Below are positions 28,206-37,021 of a stretch of DNA of 64,000 bases, one piece after another. The stretch spans positions 2,338-66,337 of IMG/VR virus record IMGVR_UViG_3300031813_000016, one strand, 5' to 3'. Position 1 is the first letter of the stretch. Each line of letters opens with the position of its first letter. This DNA comes from a virus. Its lineage: Duplodnaviria > Caudoviricetes. The notes beneath the pieces were generated by a model, which worked only from the letters and a program-made list of their open reading frames with translations, made no database searches and had not been told where the DNA came from. Position numbers and translations under genes: made by a program.

Positions 28206-28248
28206 ATATAGATGTATTCAATTGATACTAAATTGAATACATCTATAT
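28206..28248. repeat. Perfect 18-bp inverted repeat, 7-nt loop
   Basis: atatagatgtattcaatt-gatacta-aattgaatacatctatat. Confidence 0.85.
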
Positions 28249-28267
28249 ATTTTTAAAGGAGATTTAT

Positions 28268-28498
28268 ATGAATAAAAAAAGAGTTAAAGGTGTTTATATA
28301 GGGCCAGTTAATATTCATAATATTAAAGATTTAGAACTATTAGAAATAAAAGATATTGATTCTTATAATTGCAAAGTTGAAGTGATACTTCAAAATAAAT
28401 TACAAGTTGGGTCAATCAATAGTTATAATATAAAAATTCTTGATCTTTCATATTTCAATTATTTTCCTCTTGAATTCGCGCCATGTGTATATTGTTAA
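28268..28498 (+). CDS. Hypothetical protein
   Basis: 76 aa with RBS. Confidence 0.6.
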   Translation: MNKKRVKGVYIGPVNIHNIKDLELLEIKDIDSYNCKVEVILQNKLQVGSINSYNIKILDLSYFNYFPLEFAPCVYC

Positions 28499-28523
28499 AC
28501 TAAATATTAAAGGAGATTAAATC

Positions 28524-28988
28524 ATGAATGAACTTCTTAAAAAAATAACAGAACTGATTATAAAATATGAAGATGATCATAATATAATATTGGGTTGTTT
28601 CTTAACTGAACCTAACGAAATAACATATGAATTTAATGGTGAAAGGTTTACTAAAATTAAAGAAGAAATTAAAAAATATACAAAAGAAGATACAAAGAAA
28701 ATGAACCATATGATGTATTTTATTAAAGAATCTATAAATGATCTAACAATTGAATTATTTGTTATGTCAAAATATTTAGATGATTCACTTTTTACAGTTT
28801 TAAATAATCATTCTTGTTATGGTTGTAATGAAACTACATTTTATAAATCATGGAAATATTTACGAAAAGATTATAGTAAAAATAACATGGGAGATATTAT
28901 TTCATTTATAATGCAATCTCATGGTTTTGAATTAGAACCTCATCCTGAAACTGCTGATTGGCTTCAATTAAAAATAAAGGTGATATAA
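28524..28988 (+). CDS. Hypothetical protein
   Basis: 154 aa, AAGGAG RBS. Confidence 0.7.
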   Translation: MNELLKKITELIIKYEDDHNIILGCFLTEPNEITYEFNGERFTKIKEEIKKYTKEDTKKMNHMMYFIKESINDLTIELFVMSKYLDDSLFTVLNNHSCYGCNETTFYKSWKYLRKDYSKNNMGDIISFIMQSHGFELEPHPETADWLQLKIKVI

Positions 28989-28989
28989 A

Positions 28990-29205
28990 ATGAATAATAC
29001 ATTATAACTTGGTGATTTTGTTAAAGTTTTTGGTATAAAAGGAATATTAATTGGAGAAGTATTATATATGGGCAAAGAAGATTCATATGATAAAATGTTA
29101 TATGTTGTTGAATTATTAGATTCTATGAAAGCAGAAAGTAAATCAGGACCAATAGGTATTGGGCATTTAGTAGCAACAAGAGAAAATATAGAAATAGATG
29201 AATAA
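28990..29205 (+). pseudogene. SH3/KOW-like small ORF with premature TAA at codon 6
   Basis: AAGGTG RBS; MNNTL*LGDFVKVFG..GEVLY...YVVELLD; the frame stays open for 65 more codons. Confidence 0.6.
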
Positions 29206-29220
29206 CTAAAAGGTGAAATA

Positions 29221-29652
29221 ATGAATAGCCAAACATTAGAGGAATTAAAAAATTTGAAGGAAAGAGTTGAAGGATTTTTAACAAAATATCCTGAGTTCTC
29301 TACTGATATATTATCATCAGTTTCAAAAGGATTAGAAAAATTTAGAGAAACAATGGAAAAACAAAAGAGCAATGAAGCAGATAAAGCCGTAATGTTTATG
29401 ATTGATTTAATTACAAGCAAAAGATTAAAAAGTAGAGAAAAAGCTATAAGATTATGTCATGTAATCCCATTTCATTTTCCTAATGGTTTTATTGGCGGAT
29501 ATTCAACTATGGAAATAGAATTTTTAAATAGTTTTTGTATTTTATATTTTAATGAACCAAATTTATTTGGAAGTGATTGGGAAGCTACTGTTATACATAA
29601 AAAAGAATATTTTATAATGTTGAAAAAACAATGGGATGAAAGACAAAAATAG
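29221..29652 (+). CDS. Hypothetical protein
   Basis: 143 aa with RBS. Confidence 0.7.
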   Translation: MNSQTLEELKNLKERVEGFLTKYPEFSTDILSSVSKGLEKFRETMEKQKSNEADKAVMFMIDLITSKRLKSREKAIRLCHVIPFHFPNGFIGGYSTMEIEFLNSFCILYFNEPNLFGSDWEATVIHKKEYFIMLKKQWDERQK

Positions 29653-29655
29653 AAT

Positions 29656-29693
29656 AAAAATAAATCCCATTTGTATTTGGGATTTATTTTTTT
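29656..29693 (+). terminator. Intrinsic terminator
   Basis: aaaaataaatccca/tgggatttattttt. Confidence 0.75.
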
Positions 29694-29714
29694 ATTTAGA
29701 TATTCTTTTGTATG

Positions 29715-29730
29715 CTATATATATTAATTA
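29715..29730 (+). promoter_or_regulatory. Early-type promoter motif CTATATATATTAATTA
   Basis: Exact 16-mer. Confidence 0.65.
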
Positions 29731-29774
29731 CTAATAAAGATTAATATATTTTTTATTACCAAAGGAGATATAAG

Positions 29775-29927
29775 ATGAAAATAAAATTTAAGATAACATA
29801 CAATAATGAAAATTCAGAAACAATTACAATTGAAGGGATCACAATTTTACAATGTTGGGTCTCACTGTATCCAGAACTTGGGCCTAAACTCAAAGATGTA
29901 ATAAGGATTGAAATAGATAAAAACTAA
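29775..29927 (+). CDS. Small hypothetical protein (50 aa)
   Basis: AAGGAG RBS. Confidence 0.55.
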   Translation: MKIKFKITYNNENSETITIEGITILQCWVSLYPELGPKLKDVIRIEIDKN

Positions 29928-29948
29928 ATTATTTAAAAGGAGATTATA

Positions 29949-30170
29949 ATGAAAAATATTAAAATGGTTATTATCATTATCATGGTTTCTTTCATTTCAG
30001 CATGTGGTTCTGAACAACAACCTGATCCTACTCCAGTCCCCAAACCTCACCATGGGACATTCGCAACTCAAGAAGATTATTCATCGGTAAATGCTAAAGA
30101 TCGTATTTTGGTATTTGCAAATACAACAACATCTGTAAAATTCAATAATGCAACCTCTAATTCAAAATAA
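29949..30170 (+). CDS. Small putative lipoprotein
   Basis: MKNIKMVIIIIMVSFISA-C-GS lipobox followed by a Pro-rich linker. Confidence 0.6.
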   Translation: MKNIKMVIIIIMVSFISACGSEQQPDPTPVPKPHHGTFATQEDYSSVNAKDRILVFANTTTSVKFNNATSNSK

Positions 30171-30174
30171 ACAT

Positions 30175-30232
30175 TGGTAATGATGAAAACTTTTCATTTT
30201 CATTTAATTATGATTAGTTTTCATCATTACCA
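30175..30232. repeat. 17-bp perfect inverted repeat, 24-nt spacer
   Basis: tggtaatgatgaaaact ... agttttcatcattacca. Confidence 0.85.
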
Positions 30233-30507
30233 CTAAAAATTAATTTTTAAAAGGAGATAATTTGTGAAAATTCCTAAATTGAATAAATGGATTCCATTTT
30301 GGTTAGGTTTCATTATTGTTTCTTTGTTGTGTTGGTCACTTCCGATTATGGCTATTTCTAGATTAATTAAACATTAAAAAAGGAAACCAAAATGAAAAAG
30401 GCAACTATTTACTGGAATTTTCATTACAATCAATGGTACATTTGGATTAGTTATAGCATTAAAAACATTATTAGAAAGGTATCTAATAAAATAAAAGGAG
30501 AATAATC

Positions 30508-30858
30508 ATGAAAACTGAAGAGAAAAATGTATACTTTCAACTAGTAGAACTGTTGGAAATCAAAAATCTTATCAAATTACAATTAACTCTTTCTTTAAAT
30601 TCTATGGAGGATTTTCCATTTTCAGAAAAACAGAAAAACGACTTCATCAATGCTATAGTAACCTGCCAGGATTTCTATGATGAAATTGTAGCAATATTCT
30701 TTCAGTATTACACTTACGAAGAAGTTGAACAACTTGTTGGGTTCTACAAAACTCCATTGGGAAAGAAAATCCTTATGCAGAATACAGTAGTTATAGAAAA
30801 ATCATATGATATTGGTATGAAATATGGAAATAAATTTGTAAATCTATTAACTGATTAA
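30508..30858 (+). CDS. DUF2059-like protein
   Basis: QYYTYEEVEQLVGFYKTPLGKKIL motif. Confidence 0.75.
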   Translation: MKTEEKNVYFQLVELLEIKNLIKLQLTLSLNSMEDFPFSEKQKNDFINAIVTCQDFYDEIVAIFFQYYTYEEVEQLVGFYKTPLGKKILMQNTVVIEKSYDIGMKYGNKFVNLLTD

Positions 30859-30869
30859 AAGGAGAGTGT

Positions 30870-31022
30870 ATGATCGTTAGAATTGAAATTACTCAAGGAG
30901 ATACAAAAGAAGAGCGAAGAATTGATATACCAGATGATGTTAATGAAGGAATAACTCCTTATATGGTGTACCTGTATTTAATAGGGGCGCTTTCTCAAGG
31001 GTTTAAAGGAGTAAAACCTTAA
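30870..31022 (+). CDS. Small hypothetical protein (50 aa)
   Basis: AAGGAG RBS. Confidence 0.55.
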   Translation: MIVRIEITQGDTKEERRIDIPDDVNEGITPYMVYLYLIGALSQGFKGVKP

Positions 31023-31033
31023 CTGATGGACTT

Positions 31034-31134
31034 TAGCTTCACCCAAATTATACAAACAATCCTTTGTAAAAAGAGGATTGGTCGGTTTCGAGTTGTAATC
31101 TCGAGATTGAACTGTATAATTTTGGGTGAAGCTA
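31034..31134 (+). ncRNA. Predicted three-way-junction structured RNA or cis-regulatory element
   Basis: Outer stem of 14+7 bp; hairpin 31057-31080; 11-bp hairpin 31082-31110 with three G.U pairs; both inner hairpins contain UUGUAA. Confidence 0.55.
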
Positions 31135-31135
31135 T

Positions 31136-32011
31136 GTGGGTGGGAATGGTGAGTTTTTTGGGTTTGAAGTTATGACTGGATGTAGATCATTTTTAAGATA
31201 TCATGATGGTGATAAAGAAAGATATCTTGAGCTTGATATGATAATACATTCAAAGAAAATCGCTATAGAATATTGTGGATTATATTATCATGAAGAGAAA
31301 ATATTAGATGATACAAGACCAATTCCTGGTAAAGATTTTCACTTAAAAAAATTACAATTAACTAACAATAAAGGATATAATTTAATTCAAATATTTGAAG
31401 ATGAATGGATATTAAAAGAAGACATTGTAAAACATAGATTATTACAGATATTAAATAAAAATGATAATATTAAAATTGGTGCTAGAAAATGTATTATAAA
31501 AGAAATAGATTCTAAAACTAAAAATGAATTTTTAGAGAAATATCACATTCAAGGTAAAGATTCAGCTATTATTAAATTAGGAGCTTTTTATGGTGAAACT
31601 TTAGTTTCAGTAATGACATTTTCAAAAGGATCTATTTCAAAGGGGTCTTATCATAAGGAAGGAGAATGGGAGTTAAATAGATTCTGTTCAAATTATGATT
31701 ATCATGTAATAGGAATAGCTAGTAAATTACTAAATTATTTTAAAATAAATTATGAATGGATCAAAATCTTTAGTTATGCAGATAGAAGATGGTCTATAGG
31801 TGATTTATATTATCAATTAGGTTTTAATTTAGAAAAAATTACTGATCAAAATTATTGGTATTCAAAAGGAATTAAAAGAATACATAGATTTAATCTTAGA
31901 AAAACAGAAGATGATCCAAAAGATAAAACAGAAGAGATGTTGAGGTTAGAACAAGGGTATAATAGAATATGGGATTGTGGAAATTTAAAATTTGTTTTAG
32001 AAAATAATTAA
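31136..32011 (+). CDS. Hef-like homing endonuclease (PD-(D/E)xK + GNAT-like), lacking the usual N-terminal DNA-binding repeats
   Basis: LELDM..HSKKIAIEYCGLYYH, IFEDEW, IGARKC, FLEKYHIQG, WELNRFC, GIASKLL, SYADRRWS.G.LY..LGF, RIWDCG. Confidence 0.75.
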   Translation: MGGNGEFFGFEVMTGCRSFLRYHDGDKERYLELDMIIHSKKIAIEYCGLYYHEEKILDDTRPIPGKDFHLKKLQLTNNKGYNLIQIFEDEWILKEDIVKHRLLQILNKNDNIKIGARKCIIKEIDSKTKNEFLEKYHIQGKDSAIIKLGAFYGETLVSVMTFSKGSISKGSYHKEGEWELNRFCSNYDYHVIGIASKLLNYFKINYEWIKIFSYADRRWSIGDLYYQLGFNLEKITDQNYWYSKGIKRIHRFNLRKTEDDPKDKTEEMLRLEQGYNRIWDCGNLKFVLENN

Positions 32012-32017
32012 TAGCGG

Positions 32018-32062
32018 AAAATGTAGCCTAAATATATTTCTATATTTAGGCTACATTTTTTT
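32018..32062. terminator. Bidirectional terminator between convergent blocks
   Basis: Perfect 19-bp stem aaaatgtagcctaaatata/tatatttaggctacatttt. Confidence 0.85.
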
Positions 32063-32088
32063 GTTTAAATTTTTAATCTAAATAAATA

Positions 32089-33540
32089 TTAAGCACCGAT
32101 AGTAAGAGTTGCAATCCCGTTGCTACGCACTAAGGCTGTTGCGTACCTACTAAGGATGGTAAGTGATGGAATGGCACCAAGAGGATAAGGATGAAGTACT
32201 GCTGGAACGTATGGGCTATAAAAGAATATGCTCTTTAATTCTTCTTGAGGTTTATAAATAAGAATCATCTGACCTTGAGAAACAACGCTCGAAGTAAGAA
32301 CTTTCCATTTCCCACCGGCTACTGTTGCTGAACGATATCCCACATCACCATCCAGACTAGAAGTACCGGTATAATTGAATCCCTGAAGGTCTTCAAGAAT
32401 AGCCACGTCAAGGGGGTTAGCAAGAATAGTGTTAGCTGCATCAATATTCGTATCAGTGTACACCTGAGCCGACAAGGTGTTCAGCACTGGGAGAATGTTT
32501 TCATGCCAATATTTGTTACCCCAACTATAACCAACAGGAGCAGTTCTATTGAATGAAGCAGTATGACTAGATGCATTCAATCTGTTATTTGCAGTAATTA
32601 AGGAGTTAATAAGTTCACGGTCAATATCAAGAGCAATCTGTTGACCTAAAAGGTTAACAATTTCTGCCTGCATGGAAACGTCAAACAGAGCTTTTAAATC
32701 TTGCTCCATATTGATGGTCCAGTTAGCAGAAATCTGACGATCCTTAGCATAGAGACGAATTTTATCAACAGTTAACTGGACAGTAGGATTGATCTTATTA
32801 TATTCCAGAGAAACAGAAGTCTGATAAGAAATCCATTTGGTTTTTCCAGTTGCAGAAAGGCAAGTCACTGTGCCAGAAAGATAATTAACAACACCAGAAA
32901 GAACGTCAGTATCGCTATTAGCATAAGTTACAGCTGCAGAAAACTGGCCTTCAACAGCAGGAACGATAGAGACGTTCATGAAGTTCGTACCATCTTCAGA
33001 AACTGAAAGAATCTGCCAATCTCTTTCTAAAGTTGCATTGCTGTTATTCTGACTCATTGCACCAAGAACGTCAAAGTTGGTAGAAGGAACTGCCATAGTA
33101 GCAGTAGTCTGAATACCCATAGTAGGGCCATTAGAAACGTCGCCAGTTACAGCAGGTGCAGGATACTGAGTACCATTAGTAGCTGCAAAAGTTGCACGAA
33201 TGAATGCCTTTACACATTCAGGTTTATCCATAGGAGAAACAGTTACTGCTTCTTTTGCAACAAGCTTAGGATAGAAAACTCTAAGAATAGGAAGAGTTAA
33301 ACTTTCATAAGGGTTAATAGCAAACATAGAGTTTTCAAGCAGGTTGATACGAGTATTTTCAGCTAACAGTTTGAATGTAGCTGCGTCTTTCTTGCTTTCA
33401 ATAGACTCAGCAAGACCATTAACGTAGCAAGTAAAGGATTTGTCATCAACAAGAATTTGTTTGAGGTTACCGGGCTTAGAAGGGTCTACACCAGAAACCT
33501 TTCGCACTGTGCGATAGACTTCAGTTAACATTTCTTTCAT
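32089..33540 (-). CDS. Major capsid protein (T4 gp23-like, HK97 fold)
   Basis: LPILRVFYPKLVAKEAVTVSPM..P; IRLYAKDRQISANWTINMEQDLKALFDVSMQAEIVNLLGQQIALDIDRELI; high-expression codon bias. Confidence 0.9.
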   Translation of the reverse strand: MKEMLTEVYRTVRKVSGVDPSKPGNLKQILVDDKSFTCYVNGLAESIESKKDAATFKLLAENTRINLLENSMFAINPYESLTLPILRVFYPKLVAKEAVTVSPMDKPECVKAFIRATFAATNGTQYPAPAVTGDVSNGPTMGIQTTATMAVPSTNFDVLGAMSQNNSNATLERDWQILSVSEDGTNFMNVSIVPAVEGQFSAAVTYANSDTDVLSGVVNYLSGTVTCLSATGKTKWISYQTSVSLEYNKINPTVQLTVDKIRLYAKDRQISANWTINMEQDLKALFDVSMQAEIVNLLGQQIALDIDRELINSLITANNRLNASSHTASFNRTAPVGYSWGNKYWHENILPVLNTLSAQVYTDTNIDAANTILANPLDVAILEDLQGFNYTGTSSLDGDVGYRSATVAGGKWKVLTSSVVSQGQMILIYKPQEELKSIFFYSPYVPAVLHPYPLGAIPSLTILSRYATALVRSNGIATLTIGA

Positions 33541-33588
33541 TTTAATTTTTCCTCCATTTAATTTATCTAGTTAAAAATTTATTTCAAC

Positions 33589-34011
33589 TTAGTTTGTAGT
33601 ATTATTGTTTAATCTTCTTACTAACATTTTATCAGACTCTTTAATATAAAAATCTATTTTATCATTTCCTAATTCGTCTACAGTATTTAAGATAGTAACA
33701 ATCTCATTCTTAGTATGTAGTGTAATAACTTTTAGAGAAAAAAGCTGAGAGAAATTACCAATTAATTTCTTTACTTTTTTCCTTCTTTCAAAATCAGTTG
33801 CTAATTTCTCTATAACTTTTTTTTCACTCAATACTTCTTGTTTCTTAATTAAATAATCTTCTTTTAATTTTTTAATTGTATTTATTTTTTCATTATACAC
33901 TTGATCTAATAATGGGGATACAAGCTTAATAATTTTATTAGCTAAATTTATTTTATTCTGACTTAAATCTTCATTATCCTTATCTTTAATATTCGTAGTA
34001 ATAATTCTCAT
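33589..34011 (-). CDS. Hypothetical coiled-coil protein
   Basis: 140 aa. Confidence 0.65.
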   Translation of the reverse strand: MRIITTNIKDKDNEDLSQNKINLANKIIKLVSPLLDQVYNEKINTIKKLKEDYLIKKQEVLSEKKVIEKLATDFERRKKVKKLIGNFSQLFSLKVITLHTKNEIVTILNTVDELGNDKIDFYIKESDKMLVRRLNNNTTN

Positions 34012-34014
34012 TTC

Positions 34015-34320
34015 TTAAAGTCCTTTATCTAAAGCTTCTAACAAATTTACTTTTGAATTAAAATTTTCAAGATCTAATTGAGAAGTCTTCTGACTATAAT
34101 CTTCTCTTATAGATTTTGCTTTAATTATTAATTCTTCTTGTTTAAATAATTTTTCTTTAATTTCATTTAACTCTTTATCTAGTATATCTATATTTTCTTT
34201 GTTATTAAAACTTTCATCTTTTTTTGCAATTGAAAATATAGAACCTATAATTTGGTTTATGTTTTCCTTCTTATTAATATGTTCCTGACTAAAATATAAA
34301 TCATTTCTCATTATTTTCAT
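34015..34320 (-). CDS. Hypothetical coiled-coil protein
   Basis: 101 aa. Confidence 0.6.
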   Translation of the reverse strand: MKIMRNDLYFSQEHINKKENINQIIGSIFSIAKKDESFNNKENIDILDKELNEIKEKLFKQEELIIKAKSIREDYSQKTSQLDLENFNSKVNLLEALDKGL

Positions 34321-34392
34321 AGTAATTTCCTAGTTCCTTTCTCATTATAGTTATTCTGATATTAGATCTGTTCTCATTATTACTTAGTTACT

Positions 34393-36297
34393 TTAGTTTG
34401 TTTCTAAATCTCCAACTATACCTTCAAACATTTGTTTAGACCATTCTATAATAGATTCCATTCTTGTACTTAAATTATCTTTATCACCAGTATCTAAAGA
34501 GAAGTTATATATATTTACATTTACATCTTGGCCTATTCTATGAACTCTACTATATGCTTGTTCATAATCAGTTATCCTCCAAGGTTTATTTAAAAATACA
34601 ACTGTATTTGCTTCGATTATTGTAACACCTGTTGATAAAGATTGAATGGTTGCTATTAAAGGATTATATTTATTATCTGTTTTAAATTTATCTAATAATT
34701 GTTTTACATTAGCATTTGTTTTTCCGTAAACTTCAATTGGTTTAAATCCTTCGCTTATAATATATTTACTAGTAACTTCAACTACATCAGTAAACGTAGT
34801 AAAACATAATGTTTTCTTTTCTGATTTATTTATAATATCAACTAATGGAGATCTAGGTATCATTTGCCCAAACATTTCAGATCTTAACTTGTTTAACAAA
34901 CCACCAATAACTTCTCCCATAATTTTTAACTCTACATATTTAATTACTGATTTAGAATAAATAAATCTCTTTTTTAATTCAGAAGGTAATAAAGGAATAA
35001 TATATTTCTTTTCGTAATCATTAGCCCATCTTGCATCTAAAGAGTCTTGTTGATCTCTAGATGAAAATCCATTTTTTTGAAACCTTTTAACTATTTTTTT
35101 ATATCTAATAAATTCTTCATCATTTTCAATTTTAGGATCTACATATCTAATAGCTTCATCAAAGTCTTTTTGGTATTTAACAAAATTCTTTTTATAATAC
35201 ATTTCTCTTTCTATAACAAAACTTTGAACCCTTTTTTTAACATTTTCTAAAGTATAATCATTTCCATTTGGTATTTTTATTTTAATATCGAAGAAGTTCT
35301 TATCTGGTAATTTTAATACTTCTGATTTCATCTTTCTAAACATCATTAAACCTAATCTATTTTTTAACACATCTAATGCAACTGGAACACTTAAACCAAA
35401 GACTTTACCAAATATATTTTTAGCATCTTCGTCAAATAAAGGATCTATAATTTGTAATGTAGGTATCATTTCTGAACCTAGTGCTTTAATGGGTGTTCCA
35501 CTTAATAATAAAATATCATTACATTTAGTTATTTTTGCTATACTTAATAATCTTATAACTCTTTGAGCATCTTTAGACCTAAAGTTATGACTTTCATCTA
35601 CAATAATACCAACCCTTCCTGAATGTTTTAAAACTTGTGAAATTATTTTACTAATCTTATCTAATGATTCATAATTAACAATATAAAATCTTGCATCTTT
35701 TGGTTCTTCCCCAACTAACCATATACTTTGCTTTTCTTTAAAAACTGTATTTATTTCATTAACCCATACAGATCTTAAAGTACTTTTTGGTGCTACTATT
35801 ATGACTGCTTCTTTTTTCATACCATGCATTAAAGATAAAGACGTAAAAGTTTTTCCTAACCCTTGTTCAAATGCTAATATATAACCATTTAAATTATATT
35901 TTTGTTTTTTATCATCATATAATTTTAAGAATTCTTCTTGATATGATTTTAATTTAAAATTTAAATCATCATTAATTAAACTTAAATTAACTAAAGAAGG
36001 ATAATTTTTTAAAGTTGAAACCATCCAAGTTTCATGTAAAATAATTGATTTTAATTCTCTATACTCCCTCCGCATTGGTAATTGTTCCATTATAAAAATA
36101 ACTTCTGGCAAGAAAAATTCATGTATAATTAAATTATCATAAAACCACATAAAAGTTTTTATAACTTCAAATATATTAGATAATCTTTTTGATTTAAATA
36201 CTCTCCTTACATCATGACTAAATTTTTGTATCGGAAAATTTTTGATCATTATATAATGATCTTTATATGGTTTAATAGAAATATCAAAAATAGACAT
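34393..36297 (-). CDS. SNF2-family (SF2) helicase/ATPase
   Basis: FEQGLGKT, IVDESH, LLSGTP, STGVTI..ANTVVF..PW..EQAYSRVHRIGQ. Confidence 0.9.
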   Translation of the reverse strand: MSIFDISIKPYKDHYIMIKNFPIQKFSHDVRRVFKSKRLSNIFEVIKTFMWFYDNLIIHEFFLPEVIFIMEQLPMRREYRELKSIILHETWMVSTLKNYPSLVNLSLINDDLNFKLKSYQEEFLKLYDDKKQKYNLNGYILAFEQGLGKTFTSLSLMHGMKKEAVIIVAPKSTLRSVWVNEINTVFKEKQSIWLVGEEPKDARFYIVNYESLDKISKIISQVLKHSGRVGIIVDESHNFRSKDAQRVIRLLSIAKITKCNDILLLSGTPIKALGSEMIPTLQIIDPLFDEDAKNIFGKVFGLSVPVALDVLKNRLGLMMFRKMKSEVLKLPDKNFFDIKIKIPNGNDYTLENVKKRVQSFVIEREMYYKKNFVKYQKDFDEAIRYVDPKIENDEEFIRYKKIVKRFQKNGFSSRDQQDSLDARWANDYEKKYIIPLLPSELKKRFIYSKSVIKYVELKIMGEVIGGLLNKLRSEMFGQMIPRSPLVDIINKSEKKTLCFTTFTDVVEVTSKYIISEGFKPIEVYGKTNANVKQLLDKFKTDNKYNPLIATIQSLSTGVTIIEANTVVFLNKPWRITDYEQAYSRVHRIGQDVNVNIYNFSLDTGDKDNLSTRMESIIEWSKQMFEGIVGDLETN

Positions 36298-36298
36298 A

Positions 36299-36634
36299 TT
36301 AAATCTCGATCTTCTTTACTTCTTCAAATCCTTTTTCGTAATAATCTTTCTCTTTAGGATCTAATGCAAATAATAATTTCATGAATTCGCCAATATGAAC
36401 TTTTTCTTCATCTGCTATATCTTGTACCACTTTTTGAACTAATTTATTATCAGTGGTCTCTACTAATTGTGTGTACATATGAACTGCTTCATGTTCACTA
36501 GCAATCATTTCTCTAATAGATCTTATAATTTCTTCAGTTGTTAATTTTCTATCTTGTTTTGTATATGGAAAGGTATCAGCAAATTGTACTTCATTTAATA
36601 TTTTTTTGGCTAAATCTTTTATAAATTTATCCAT
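36299..36634 (-). CDS. Ferritin-like (EncFtn/rubrerythrin-type) four-helix protein
   Basis: IASEHEAVHMYTQLVE.TD....KV..DIADEEKVHIGEF..LL..LDP.E. Confidence 0.8.
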   Translation of the reverse strand: MDKFIKDLAKKILNEVQFADTFPYTKQDRKLTTEEIIRSIREMIASEHEAVHMYTQLVETTDNKLVQKVVQDIADEEKVHIGEFMKLLFALDPKEKDYYEKGFEEVKKIEI

Positions 36635-36635
36635 T

Positions 36636-36998
36636 TTATTTAGTCTCCGACTTTAAATATCTCTGTCTAATTCCTACCCATTTATTTCTTAATCTCTCTA
36701 ATTTTCTTTGGCATTTTTCAGGATTAGATGTGGACTTGCATTTAGGGTATTCAGTATATACATTATTTAAAACATGATTAGCTGCAACTACATTACATTG
36801 TTTAATACAATCTTCATTATGTGTTTCTTTTGATTCTCTACATTTTCTATGGCATGTATCACTAATTTTTCTGTAATGATAATATACAGCCATTCCGATA
36901 GGCCCGGCAAAATTAGCAGCTAAAGAATAGTTTAAAAATTTACCGGACCTATTATCTGTCTCATTTAATGATTTTAGATAGTTCTCAACTAAATCCAT
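36636..36998 (-). CDS. Cys-rich putative virion protein
   Basis: MDLVENYLKSLNE N-terminus; repeated C...C helices. Confidence 0.55.
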   Translation of the reverse strand: MDLVENYLKSLNETDNRSGKFLNYSLAANFAGPIGMAVYYHYRKISDTCHRKCRESKETHNEDCIKQCNVVAANHVLNNVYTEYPKCKSTSNPEKCQRKLERLRNKWVGIRQRYLKSETK

Positions 36999-37021
36999 AA
37001 TTTATCTCCAATATTTAGAAA

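Noticed and set aside
28968-29420. 150-aa minus-strand ORF
   Set aside because: Antisense to plus-strand genes with strong RBSs, in a uniformly plus-strand block.
31034-31134. Canonical tRNA-Tyr or hammerhead ribozyme
   Set aside because: The anticodon-like loop has no D-arm, T-arm or CCA cloverleaf; the CUGAUGA/GAAA core is not correctly placed.
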